A DNA stretch of 52,221 nt, the filler included, from Sphacelaria rigidula (lineage: Eukaryota), in the NCBI GenBank assembly GCA_964200075.2. It is 2 parts of 2 records of this genome, joined end to end, with 100 filler letters (N's around TTAATTAATTAA, not from the genome) between each part and the next. Parts side by side here need not be neighbours in the genome. Positions count along the whole stretch, not along the records: positions 26,168 to 52,221 come from CAXNAA020000150.1; 1 more part is not named here. One strand, given 5' to 3'. This document shows positions 26,168-39,265 of this stretch, in pieces. Every line of letters starts with the position of its first letter. Position 1 is the first letter of the stretch. The position numbers were made by a program, and so were the translations under genes. The notes under the pieces were generated by a model that saw only the letters and a program-made list of their open reading frames with translations, had not been told where the DNA came from and did no database searches.

Positions 26168-26714
26168 TTTCATCACGAGTCAACTTATAATGCTAAAACC
26201 AAGTAATTTCCTGACGAATCATTATTTGTCCTAACCGTGGATGTTTTGCATCTGCTGAAACGATTGTCTCGACGAAACGCCGCTGACGAAAACGCGTCGC
26301 TCGCTACACATCGACTCTCACCTCCTCGTGCATTGCTCCCCCACGACACCGGCTCAGCACGTAACAGCGCTGCCGAGACATAAGATAAAACGAACCGGAA
26401 AGGGACACGGAACAGTGCACAGAGCGGTCGGTGCGCCATCGTCGTACTGTGCAAAACGGGACAACTTTATTCGCTGCCTATTCGACAGAGCTCCTCTAGT
26501 ATTCTTCGCAACCAACCATTCACATGGGCTGATACCTTGTCAGCGATGCGTTCAGCATGCCCTTGCACAAAGTGTGAAGTGATGCAACCGAACAGGATGA
26601 ATTACAAAACAAAACGTCGGTAGACATCATTGGCTACTGTAGTGCCACTTAAATTCGCTGCCGCATACAGTATACGAGCACCTGATACCACCCACCAAGT
26701 ACGCTGTTTGTCGC

Positions 26715-26842
26715 TTAACCCTTTTGGAATCCATCGACGATTTTTGTTTTTCATAAAATCGGCATCATTTTGACTGGAAAATGACAGAAAATGTTGCCGA
26801 TTAATGAAAAACAAAAATCATCAATGGGTTCCAAAAGAGCTG
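26715..26842. mobile_element. piggyBac-like MITE (~125 bp hairpin), copy 1
   Basis: TTAA|CCCTTTTGGAA...TTCCAAAAGAG with internal palindromic arms. It is homologous to 43720-43848. Confidence 0.7.
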
Positions 26843-28333
26843 ATACGGAAAAACATGATCGCCTGTTTATTTCTGCTTGGTTCCCTTCTATCGATAAATC
26901 TTGTTGCTTTCCAGCATTTACTCCGTTCGTTAGTTCTATCTTTTTCTTGTTTTTTATTTTCTCTTTTATTTTTGTTTTGCGAACGTTTCCCCGTGGTTTA
27001 CCTGGAGGTACTCACGTCTATCGTCTATCGCCTATCGCCTATCTAATGACCACTGATGTACACGGTTGGGTCCCTTGGAGATCAGTTGATGCGTGACAAG
27101 TGATCAATCGATGGATCGGTGGTCTGAATTAAAATAGTACAAACTGACACCATAAAGGCGGGGGAAAACGCCGGTTCAATTCTCGACAGCCGCGTCTCTT
27201 AATCTTTTGCTTTTCTCTTTCTCAGAAGTACTATTAGTGGTATCTGATTTTCGTAAGAACGTGAGTAGTATCAACCATCTCTTGAGATCATGGATTCGTC
27301 CCGGGGACGGGGAAGAGGGGTGGTCATTAGATAGAAGTGGGGAGAGAAAAAAAAAAGGGTGCAAACCACAAAGACCATTTTCTTCTGCTGTTCGTGACAT
27401 GTCACCAATACCAATATGCCTCTCTGGCCGTGTCTCATCAAATTGTTTCTGACTCGAAAACGTGCGGTGGAAGCGAATTTACTCGCACCTGATATGTCTG
27501 CGGCATACATATTTTCAACCATCCGATATAATAAATAGCGTGGACGAATCAGAAACGAGCGACTTCGATTCGGCCGCACGTTTTCGACACGAAAACAATT
27601 CGATGATACACGGTCTCACTGTCATTATCCAAATTCCACACTCTGGATTATGACAAAAGTTACATTGCCAAAATGTGTACCGCGTACAGTATAGACTACT
27701 CCGTCTATTGCAACGGGCAATATATTCCCAGGCTCGGACGAATCACTGATTCATCCGAAATTACTTGATTCTAGTGTGATTGATTCGTACCGTACAAATC
27801 AATCCTCAAGCTTTGTTTTCAGCGTTGTAACCCAGGTACACGCAGCCCAGGTACGTGGAATGGAGCAAAAGTCGCGTGGAGACCTGTTTGACCAGCGGTC
27901 GACTTTTTTTTTCTTTCTTTTTTTCCGAGCAATCAGACATAAGAAATCGTGGATATGGGGATTCGAACCGGCGATGATTCGTCCGAACCGTGATGGATTC
28001 AATACTGTATGCAGACAGTAGATCTATTTTGGGATTGGCCCCTGTTTTATGAGACAGTTTCGATTATCGGCTCCCTCACTGTTACTACTTTGTGCATACA
28101 CCAGTGCGTGGCCAAGTAGTTGGAGAGGTCACACGCGGGGATTGATTCCAGTACAAGTAGGTCTCCTGTAGTTCAATCGGTCTCATACGGATCTTTTGAA
28201 GTGTAGGTGCCCTTTTTTTTGTGTAGATGCTTTGTTCTTGCCTTCTTCTGTGGACTGTTTGAATTATGGGTATGGGTCGTATGGTCCTTTCACTCTGTGA
28301 CCACGGGTTCGAGAGATCGAGCTAATGTGATGG

Positions 28334-28335
<2 letters not shown>

Positions 28336-28393
<58 letters not shown>
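28336..28393. repeat. (AAT)n microsatellite
   Basis: A run of AAT units that grades into GAT. Confidence 0.95.
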
Positions 28394-28396
<3 letters not shown>

Positions 28397-31300
28397 TGAT
28401 GATAATTATGCATACTATTTGACAACGTAATCAATTGTCAAATTCTCAAGCCGTGCCAAGTGGGGCTTCTGAATAAAACGCTACACTCAATTTTAGTGTA
28501 CAGAACCAAGAACGGTTCACCGCACGATACCCGGAACGGAAGGCAGGACGGTATCCACAGGACGGTATACCCAACAAGATATTTGCGACCCATGCAAAAA
28601 AAAAGTAATACATTTCCGATACAGAACGCGCAGGTCAACATCCAACATGTCATGTCGCCCACCTCCTGCGCCCGAAAGACAGCAACTGTACAGTACGATG
28701 GACTGTCTTGTCACCAAAGTGACGCAAGCTACTGTGCAGAAAAACCGACCCACGGGAACAGTCATGTGAGCCCAAGGTCGAAACTGGCGTGTGGCGGGGA
28801 GTCGGACTACGGTATAGGTGCACAAAAAATTTCTGGGTTGGCGTACTGGAGCAATTAATATATACACACTCTCGCGCATAGGCACAATAATGCTATAATT
28901 CTTCAACACGTACTAAAACACCATATCACTATAATACTATATTTTACTTCAGTAGTGCATTTAGGACCAAGTTGCGTCTAGACGTGTGGCCGATCCTCCC
29001 GCAGAAAAACTTCACAAAATGTGGAATATATCGTTGTTGTTTTGTTCATGGCGTATGACACCTGCAGTACATGTGCAGGTACATGATGCGCTGTCGGTTG
29101 GTACAGCGGGTTTGGATATGAGTTACATGATATTGGGTCATTGGATACTCTGGCGTATGACCATGGATGCTTGACATATTATGGATGTAGAGGAGGTGCT
29201 GCTAGCCGCTTCCTACAATCAAGACTGTTGCGGTTGTGAACGACATCTGTCTTTGAAGTCTCGAGAGGCACGAAGCCCTCGGAGCATTCCTGTGAGCTCG
29301 TTCCGAGTCCAGAAGAGTCCATATGTTTCATAACTTGAAAGTACCTCAGATAACTTTTTGCCGAAAAAACGCATCTCCACCGTGGCACGAGTCTGGGGAA
29401 AAGAAAGACGGTGAGAAAACAACCAAAGGCAACCGACAGAGCGGAAAATGAAGACGTTAACTACAAACCACTTACAGCGTGAAAAACATAAACAGGTCAG
29501 TTTGTCTGCCGCAAACATGAGTTGATTTTTTTCTTCAAAAGCCCTTCTGAATTATGCAGACGTTGAATACCGGAACTCGTTTCTCGCCAGTTTTCCCGGT
29601 TCAAAGCGGGAAAATGATATCAAGAGCAATGACTCTGGGTCAAATGTCATATTCTACATCGCCTTTCGGTGCATCGGAACAGCACCCGGAGTGCCGAACA
29701 TCGCGATCACCGCGGTGGACATACATCTTACCTCTACAGCGCAGTGCCGTACTGTAGTGGTTTGTGCATATGTCAGGGCTGGGCGTGCGCAAAGACGCAT
29801 ACAACGGACAGCAATGCTTCACTTTCGAGGATGCAAATTCTGCAAATCAGGGATGGAAACGAGCATGGAGATGTTTTGCAAGGTCATAAACGCCTCCATA
29901 TCTCCCCGCCACACGTGCACGGAAAACCGGGCGGCGGCGGGGGACGGGGGGGGGAGGGCAAAAATCCGGGAAGAACAGAAAAAAAACGGGAAAACCGGGG
30001 GGGAAAAAACAGGGGAAAAAAGGGAACAAAAAAAACGAGGAAAAACGACGAGTTGTTTCTCTCCTCAATGTTCACGGCAGGTCTATTACAAGGAAGAAAC
30101 GTGCTCAAACCAGGGTGACGGCTTCGTGACTTCAAGTACCTCCAGGTGTCCCCTCAGTCCGCCCGACTTGAGCATGCCATCTCCGCAAAAGGGGCAGAAG
30201 ACCAACGGCTTCGCCTGGGCATCCTCGCTGAACAGCTGTCTTCGCACCTACAGCAACCGTTTGGTTTTTTCGAGTGGAAAGACAAGAAAAAAAACAAGCG
30301 TTCGAAAAAGGGTAAGATAAATATGCGCTCAACTTTTGGTAGCTTGGGTGGTGTAGTCGGCATCGCTGAGTCAGAGAGGCGAGTGCTTCAAATAAGCATG
30401 AATGTCGTATTTTGATTCTCGTTTCTCTACTGTGCTGCGCTTAAATGTTGTTTGTTTGTTTGTTTGTTTGTTCCATTTTTTTCGTGTTTTTTTTTTGCTT
30501 TTTTCTGTTTTGTTTACTTGGGAGAACTCACTTCCATATTGTGGATGGTGACTCTTGGACATCAGTTGTTAGTGCCCAGCGATTAGCCAAATCGTTCAAT
30601 AAATCACAAAACTTGAATAATAAGGCGGCGGAGGAGAAAATATCCTTCTGAAAATCCCCCTTTTCAAAAACGACTGCTGATTGGTCGCTACGATACCACC
30701 CCCCACAAAAGGTGCCCAAACTACCTTCTTGGAAAAGGGGATTTTTCACCACAACGAAGGTGAGCATACATGTTCCGTTGATAGGGTCATATGCTAAGGT
30801 TATCCTCACGACCTTATACAACCCGAGGTGGACCTTAGGAACTTGGTGCCCCCGCAAACCGAAAAAAAAACGCACACAGCTTGAGCTGTAGCTGCCCATC
30901 TGCTGAGCACGTCGTGCGTGACCTTTCTCAAATATGTCCAGAATTCAATGGGAAACGATGATTTGTGTGAGACTTACGCACAACACACGCACACAAAAAA
31001 TCAGCAAAGACACGGTTTCGGTTGTAATTTGACACGAACGCGGCCGTCATTCGTCCAATACAGAACGGAGTTCTGTCAAACAATTACTACCGTGTGTAGA
31101 TTGGCAAGGGCCACTGCTGCAACCAATGCCCTAGAGTAGGGGGGGTCTGTACGTGTTTATTCGGGGCTCGGTGTGTAGGTGTTGCGTTGTGTTGCCTTGT
31201 TTCCTCGTTCCGTCTCGTCTGTAGCGGTACAGATATGTTCCACTAACGACTGCTTCCGCGACCGCAGCATCCCTGAACCTGTGTGCAGATGTGGGCTTAG

Positions 31301-32338
31301 ATCTGCACAAAACTGCTTCTCGATACGACTCGAAGCTGGTCGTTGTCGTTGTGAGACAACCAACCAATCCCCGCTCAGGAGGGGAGATTCGAAAATGGGA
31401 TAACCCTCTTCGATAAGAACCCGCCAAGTGACCGAGGAAACATATAGACAGTCAATGTTACTCGTAGAGACAGACAGACAGGCAGAATAGAGGGGGGGCA
31501 GATAGCTAGCGAGCTATTGGCCCTGGGGAATGACCTCCCGGGGATGTTGTCTAGGGGATCATAATAATGGAACACCAGGAACATGGTGAGCACATCCACA
31601 CCTCACTCACCCTCACATCTTCTACACCACATCTAAGGTCGAGACGATGGACCACTGACGCTTACATAGAGGAGTACCTAGTTAACGTGCTTGATGGATG
31701 ATGGATTAGAGTATGACATGATACTCATGCAGAAGCAACGAGCAGCCCGCACGTGATATTTAGAGCACAGCGTGTTAAGTGAAAAATATCGCCGGGTGCT
31801 TGCTCGTCGACCAATAATGCAACCTCTGGAAAATGGAGGATGACAACACGTTCTGCTCAAAACGGACATGGAAACAGATCCACCAAAAAGTTGTTCATTG
31901 CTGACAAACCGCAGGCAGCACCGGAGTACATCAATCGTTAGTGTTACACTCAAGCATGGGACGAATATTGACTCGTCTGGAAATTATTTGCTTCTCAGTG
32001 TATTTGATTCGAACCGTACGAACTAATCCTCCTTTATTTTCAGCGTCGCACTCCACCCGAGGTACAGTACGCACACCCCAGGTGGCACGTGGAATATCGA
32101 AAAAATCTCCGACTGTACTGCAGAGTTTTTTTCTTCAACCGTTCTTTTCTCTTCTTTTTCTCCTTTTGGGCAATCGGGCCTCAGACATCGTAGATTCGGT
32201 GAGTCGGACCGGCGAGGACCTGTCCGACCCCTGCCAAAGTGTCACCTTGTGGCGAACAGCAGAAGGTCCCGGTAATTCATCTGTGCTTTCACCAGCAGCC
32301 AATCGTACTGTGTTCTGGCCTTGTTCCCCGGCCCTCAC

Positions 32339-32965
32339 TCTAGCACTGGATGATGACGACTGCAGTCCAGCTAGCGCCGTGGACGGGGTCTTCGGTGCGG
32401 CGGGAGTCACGGCGTGTCCATCATGGTGGGATCTGACAGCGTGGTTCAAGTATTCAGGCCGGACATGTTGAACATGTCAATACATCGGACATCCAACTTA
32501 GCAAGGGACAACGATAAAAAGCATTAAAAAAAACACAAGAGAGGACGAATGAAAGCACCGCAGGGGGGTGATATTATCATTTTTTAACTTTGTACACGAG
32601 CGGCTGATATCATTTTGGTGACGGCGGCCATATAGAGGGTACTGTGTGTGTACTGTACCTGCTGTCCAGAGTACAGTACACGAGCAAGAACCCGTTCTTT
32701 TCAGGAAAATAGCAAGCAGCAACGCAACGTATACAAAAGACACACACACACAAACAAACAACGGACACAAATGAAAAACATTCGCGAGACGGGGACGGGA
32801 CTCAAACACACCTACCTGCTGTTACTTTCCAGACCAAAAATACGCGGCAACGCCACCAGTACTGTAGGCAAATGATCGGGGACGAGATTGTAATTCGCTG
32901 TCGAGGTCATGGCGTAAAGGTCATCGGCACAGTGAAGGAAGGCCGTGTGTCCGTCGTTGTTACGA
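32339..32965 (-). CDS. Two candidate phase-compatible exons of unknown gene (possibly continuation of the WW gene)
   Basis: 32965-32816 (ctcttccag|..RNNDGHTAFLHCADDLY...SNSR|gtaggt) is followed by an exon starting at 32432 (SHHDGHAVTPAAPK...). The phases match. There is no homology evidence. Confidence 0.3.
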
Positions 32966-33357
32966 CTGGAAGAGAGGTCATGTTCCAGGCAAAACACGCG
33001 AGAATGGGAGCTAAGAACATGAAAAAACGAGTGACTCAAATGCACCCTGGTTTCATATAGACAATAAAAGGAGAGGTATTTGAACCATTTTGCCCTCCCA
33101 GGGAGGGTCATTATCCATTGAATCTTATACACTCATCTTTCAAGAGTTGAGAATCGGTGACGATTCGATGGATGATGACCCACCGTGCCGCCCCCTCGTG
33201 GACAGGGCTAACGGCTTGTAGAAATAACATTGCACAGCAGAGGTGACCACGGTGACTCCGCAGTTAGCAGCACCGGAAGAAAGCCATGGTCATATTCCAC
33301 GCATAGCGTACGCGGGAACGAAAGTTACAAGAAGGGTCGCATACCTTTCTCGTCCTA

Positions 33358-33855
33358 TCGGTCTCGTCTCTAGGACGCCCCACCCTCCCCTCCCCTCCCC
33401 TCCAGGTCCGGCGCAAACACGGAGTGCTGCGTCCCGGCTTTGTAGAGATGTAGGAATGCGAGGTCAACGATCTTATGACTACGGCATGATGGTGGGAGAA
33501 CCTCAACTCCGATCAGAGGGGATGATCGTACCACGTAGTTTTGGTATGGTGGGGCACCCACCGTGGCTGTCTCTGGAAGTGGCGATACCAGAAAATGAAG
33601 CAACTCATGAGGAGCCGTCACCCATATGCAAGATAATCGGTAGGCTTCGGGCCGCACAATCTTAGCAGGATGCAGCTCAGCCCTCATGAGACCCGCCGAA
33701 CACATCACGGCGCTTCGCGCTTGGTGACTGCGAATCTGGCCCGGCGAAAACCGGGCGTGTTCGGTCCCGGCTTTGTAGGAACGCGAGGTCGATGGTCACA
33801 CGACTACGGCATGCAACATCATGAGTACACCCCCCCCTGGGACGAGTCGGTCTTC
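33358..33855. mobile_element. Non-autonomous repeat with internal direct repeats and TIR-like ends; same family as insertion at 4501-4900
   Basis: It shares atgatcgtac.acgtagt, tctctggaagtggc, tgcaagata, caatcttagcaggat and gtcccggctttgtag with 4530-4890. Internal repeat at 33404-33490 / 33737-33812. Confidence 0.65.
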
Positions 33856-34012
33856 TCGAAAAATCGGCCCGTCCTCACACACTGGTACGCTCGCGACAAT
33901 TCAATGGAGGATTGGGCCAGCGCTCCCGTAACCCGTCACTTCCCTTCGAACACATTCTATCTCACCATTATATTAATAGCGTTCCTACAATTTCGACGGG
34001 ACGGAAAAACTG

Positions 34013-34385
34013 TTTTTTTTTTTTTCTTGCTCATTTTTTTTTGCCATCATCTTTTATTTTTTCTTCCGTCACACTTTCAACCTAGATCCCTACCCTTCCT
34101 CGGGAAGAGCCCGTGGTTTCAACGAAGCGAGCCATCTCTCCCCAACTACGGGCACAAGCCTTGCATTTTGGTGTCCTAGGTCTGACGGATTGGATCATGA
34201 CCATCATGACCATCACAATTCCCGCACGACGTCAAGTTTCTTAAAAAGTCACCTGAATTTTTGTTCTCACCTTCTCACGCTTACTTCGAACTAAAACGCC
34301 AACGCAACGGGAATCGAACCCACGAACTCTCCACCCTAATGCTGAATGACAGTCAAACCATTTTAATTTACACCACCGGGGCGTA
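34013..34385 (-). mobile_element. SINE family A, diverged copy
   Basis: Head is cgccccggtggtgta...gggttcgattcccg on the minus strand, body ccttcctcgggaagagcccgtgg, with a T-rich tail. Confidence 0.65.
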
Positions 34386-36634
34386 GCAGCTTGTGTGTAT
34401 AACAACAACCAACACATCATGTGTGGTCTATATTTGAATCGACGAAATCCGCAACGATCGCCCCCCGCCTGTTGGTGCTGTACCGTGCTGTACCCTGTTG
34501 GTCCCCGGGACGACACTTTTCTTCTCTATTTTTCTTTTCACGATACTTCACTTCATTTCCCGTTGCCCCTTTTAATGGGAACGAACTTTTTATGGCAGTC
34601 TCAAGGAGTCGAGTCATTCAAGTCATCCCTCCCTCGGTAGTGTAGTGTAGTATAGCGTAGTGTAGAACTTTAGCCGTCGCACTCTATAGCTGTCGCATTC
34701 TAGCTGTCGCTGTAGCTATAGAGCTGCCTCACACCTTGCTTGGTAGCGGAGATTGGAACATGACCGCTCTCATAAATGGACGACTTTCGTATGATTTTGC
34801 TTCGCTACTCGCGTCTTGGCGCCTTCAACGACGGAAACGACTTATCATTTAATGCTATTTTTACGCCATCTTCATGATACATTCGTGCTGTGTTCATGCT
34901 ACATTCATGCTCAAGTAAAATAAATTCAATTCAACTCAACTATGAAATCATAATCAGATCAGATTAGATCAGATCAAACCAACATATATTCATAAAGTGG
35001 GGAATGCAGCTAGGGCGAAAAAGGCAAGGCCTGTGACTGTTGTCGATGTTGTTACAGCTGCAACCCAGTCTTACTCCAGGCGACACACGCAAAACAATCG
35101 AGACAGGATACAGGGGTGATCACGAGCGAACTGATAGAAACGTGGCTCAAGGAAAAATCTAAAAGCACGTGTAGTGGAGCCTCGCAGGGAGACAGACGAG
35201 TGCAATACTCGTGAGGGGATGGATCATGACATGTACGGCCCAACCGAGGGCCCCACGACTCCACCAGTGTTACTCATTTTCAATAATATCGAGGCATGTT
35301 CCTGGTATAATTAATCATCCGTGGCAAAACACTTTGAGACGGTCATGCTCCAAGGCGTGAAATACGGTGCGAAGAGAGCAGAAGTTCTTGCGGAGAGAGG
35401 GCTCCAAATCAGCACGGATAACTGGCCCTTCAGAAGTCGCCCTCAGCGAATATTTCGGACGGATGCCCAAAAAGGCATGTCGCCGCGTAGTCGGGAAGCG
35501 TTGGTTGTCTGATATATGTATGTGTCGGGTTACACACGACAAGTCCGTTAGTCGATCGCCTGTGGTCCGCGTGTACTTGCTGCGTACCGTCTTTGCAAGG
35601 CAGGTCGTGAGTGTAGGAAGGAAAGAAAATCCACAGAGGGTGCAGCGTTTTCGCTGCCGTGGGGCGCGCTGTGCCATGCAATGGCACATGCCACCGTGCT
35701 CCAGCACTTCATCTCCAAAATGTACTTGTGATTTCCCGTGTGCATTCGTCGCGAGGTGAACATGGCCCGAAGTGCACGTGGGTCCCTCATGTTGCACATG
35801 AGGGACCTCTGACACTCCTGTACCGAGTACAGTACAGTCTGAAGTGTTCGTTAATAACACCCCCTCGGAGCATATGCGGTAGTGCTCATAAGACTTAGGA
35901 TTAGGTGACGCAAACCCGACACCCCAACCTGTAGCACGGCCTGCGCTTTAATAACACCGGTCCTTTATTCCTGCTGCATGTATCACGCGCGAACGGTGGG
36001 CGCCGTGCGGCGCCCACCTGTACCAGTGCCCGCCACATGTGTTGTGACATGCTCTTCAACGAGAAAGAGATGCTCCCCCGCATCCGCACGGCGATGATTG
36101 CGGCATGAGCGAGTGGCACACGCATATACATTATCAGATCAACGTGTACGATCATATCTCTGTGCAGAGTTATTACGTTTCCCTGAGTGATGCACCAGCC
36201 TGCGTGACCACTGCAGCTGAAGATCGGACATTTTTTAGTATCAGACGGTGATCAACACACCCCATGATGAGTGTTGTGAAGGTTGATGGGCGGGGTCGTC
36301 CCAACGTATGGGCATTAACGCTTCTGTCCTGCGACAGGGCTTCTTCCTTCCCAACATGCGCGCGTTTCGGCTCACATTAGCGGGCGCAATCTGTCGTGTG
36401 TGTGAAGAAAGTGTCAAAGCACGACTCCGACTCGGGATGCCGCGTATGATGCCGTCGATCGATTTCGGTTCAGAATCCATGACTGCGCGGGGGGGGCGCT
36501 ATGGCAAGGCGGGCCGGATTCAGAGGAGATTATACTTACTAAAATACGCTAGTCGCCTTCCTTCATTCATTTAACCGTTGTTGCCCGAACAGGTGTCATG
36601 GCAGGGATCTATTTCGGTGTGAATTGAACTCGAT

Positions 36635-36912
36635 TTTGATTGAATCCATGATAAACTTTTACGATGGAGATTTGCATGGTGCATGGCACCCCGCAACATG
36701 AAGCGTTCGCATCCGCTCCGATTCGTGTCAGTACGGCTACATTTTCTCTATTGCTGCCTGCACAGGTGTGATGGAAGGTAACAATTCCGGTGCGAGTAGA
36801 ATGTGGGTTTGATTGAATCCATCATGGCCATTTCACGATGGAGGTTTGCATGGTGCATGACACCCCGCAATACGAAACGTTCGCACCCGTTCCAATTTGT
36901 GTAAGTACGGCT
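36635..36912. repeat. Direct repeat of ~100 bp with ~70-bp spacer
   Basis: tttgattgaatccat...acgatggag.tttgcatggtgcatg.caccccgcaa...cgttcgca...agtacggct occurs twice. Confidence 0.8.
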
Positions 36913-37193
36913 GTTTTTATCGATCGACTGCTTACGATTGTGAAGCATCATCCGCCCCACCAATTAAGATTCCGATAACCGATCTTTCGGGGTCCTGTGG
37001 AAAAAATCCATGAAGGGGAGTTGAGGCGAACAACTGAGGTCCGAAATGATTTTTGGTGTGGGGGAATCTTGGTAGTCCCATGAAAAAATAAAACGTCCAG
37101 TGCGCCGAAATTTTACTTATTCTTATCCTAAATTGCGTGGCGTGTTCTAGTTGTCAATTGCTACCTGTCGGCGAAGGACGTCTACCATCTTTT

Positions 37194-37792
37194 CAAGGTT
37201 GTGTTCTGTACGGTACGGGTTACTGTATACCCGGGGTATTTTGCCGGGTATTTACCGTACCCGCCAGTTCTGTGACTTCTGTAATACTTCCATACCGGTA
37301 CCCGACAGTTCTGTAGTCTGTGTAAGACTTTCATACCCTTACCCGATAGTTTTGTGATTTCTGTGACATTCCTGAAACGTTACCGGGGGGCACGGGACCG
37401 ATCTTGACAAGATACCCGATTGCTGGTACGGTTTTCTGTGCAACCTCCAAACCCTACACGACAGTTTCGGTGAGTTCTGTAAGCCTCCCATACCGTTGCC
37501 CGACAGTTCTGTGAGTTCTGTACATAATGTTTACACGTACCCGGAGTGCGGGTACACTCGTGAAGGATACCCGATTTCCGGTACCGGTTTTCCGTAAGCC
37601 TCCCATACCGTACCCGACAAGTGCTGTAATTTCTGTAATACTTTCATACCGGTACCCGACAGTTTTATAAACTCTGTAAGACTTTCATACCGGCACCCGA
37701 CAGTTTTATGAACTCTGGAAGACTTTCGTACCGGTACCCGACAGTTCTGTAAGTCCTGTAAGGAATCTCGTACCCTACATAACACGACCTTG
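37194..37792. mobile_element. Non-autonomous hAT-like TIR element filled with 41-bp tandem subrepeats
   Basis: TIRs are CAAGGTTGTGTTCTGTACGGTACG / CGTACCCTACATAACACGACCTTG. The 8-bp flanks CATCTTTT / CATATTTC are a degenerate TSD. Internal units approximate TACCCGACAGTTCTGTGA.TTCTGTAAGACTTTCATACCGG. Confidence 0.75.
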
Positions 37793-38205
37793 CATATTTC
37801 GCTGAACCATATGATGAGTGCAGCATGCAGCACACGGCAGTCATGTGCTTTCGAGTTATTCGCGCTGCAGTAAACGTTGCCCGTACGCTAGGTTCCGTTT
37901 ACGATTTGCACCACGCGAAACGAGCTTCGTGCAGTAGGAAAAAGTGTCTACTGTACGGACTGACTTGCGCCGAACATGCCACAGTTATAGGTACGACCCA
38001 TAATAGTAAATTGCTGTGACCAACCCCTGACAGGGTATGACTCCTGCCCGCATGTTTGACATACCGGCGATGCGACGATCGCGATGCAACCCCCGCGCCG
38101 AATGTTACCCATACTGCTTCTGCTATCGCCGTGTATGCCATCGAGTGCAGGTGGGAAGGATTGAAGCGGGAGAACAGTGGGCGTCGGCGAAAAGGGGCCG
38201 CCAGC

Positions 38206-38448
38206 ACCAGTAGCAGGAGCGGTACACCTCTCCCTGTGCACCTGACTATATGGCGGCGAATGAGAGGAGGGACGCGGCGGCCCAGCGTTCACCCCACTTG
38301 GCACGGCGTGATCGTGATGCCACTTCCGGCGATGAACCACCAGTAGCAGGAGCGGTACACCCCCCCCTGCGCACCCGGCTGTATGGCGGCGAATGAGAGG
38401 AGGGACGCGGCGGCCCAGCGTTCACCCCACTTGGCGCGGTGTGGTCGG
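38206..38448. repeat. Tandem duplication of a ~133-bp GC-rich unit
   Basis: accagtagcaggagcggtacacc...atggcggcgaatgagaggagggacgcggcggcccagcgttcaccccacttggc occurs at ~38206 and ~38339. Confidence 0.85.
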
Positions 38449-39039
38449 ATGCCGAGAGCTTGCCGGAGCCCCGGGATTCCTCAGCGGACAGGAGCGCCCG
38501 CTTGCAGCGGCGTGGTGAGTACTCAATGGTCTGTGTTTCTTTGCAATATGTACACGGAGCTAGAATGGAACCAACGCGCTTGCTGGAAGCGAGACGGCGC
38601 AGAACATCCCCCGATGGACAACACGCCGTGTCCGTGTCACCCGACATAGAGTAGTCGAGGATGAATGGCATCCTGTGCGCCACCTGCTTCTTGGAATAGC
38701 TGTCGCCCACTTGACTCCCGGATACTGACGAAGCACTCATTTTTTTTATGCGATGAATAAAATCATCGCGAAATGATTAGCGCTAGTACTGTTTTTGTTC
38801 GCGTTATTACCACCGGTAGTGAGTCGTTCATGTACAGACTTTGATACACCTGAAAATAAAAACACACGAGCAAAAAGTAAAATGGAGATGAGGACCGTCA
38901 ATATCGAGAGGGAGGCGCCCCCCCCCCCATTGCACGTTCATCTCTGTAACGTAACACAGATACCAACACCTGATTTTGTTTCCGATAAAGTGTAGCGGAA
39001 AATGAGAGAATAACATCTTAACTGGCATAACTGTTGGGC

Positions 39040-39265
39040 AAGGGTGTGGGGGGCGTACGAAACTCACGGGAAGTGTCTGGCAGGATATGGAGACCTTACA
39101 GCAAACCGTACCCGCAACCGCGTATGTCATCAACAGCGTAACCCGTTCCCTCGTAATGGTACGGGACGCTTACAGAATTCTTGCAAATGTGGGATGAGGG
39201 TATGAATTTGTTCCGGAATTGTCAGAATTGTCGGGTACCAGTATAAATTCGTCGGGTTTGGTATA
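39040..39265 (-). repeat. Degraded inverted remnant of the 41-bp-subrepeat element
   Basis: Reverse-complement motifs of the 37.2-37.8 kb unit are present, e.g. cagaattgtcgggtacc..tat, ttacagaa and gggtatgaa. Confidence 0.55.

Noticed and set aside
37258..37770. CRISPR-like regular repeats
   Set aside because: The units are contiguous degenerate tandem repeats without unique spacers, there are no cas genes, and the context is eukaryotic.
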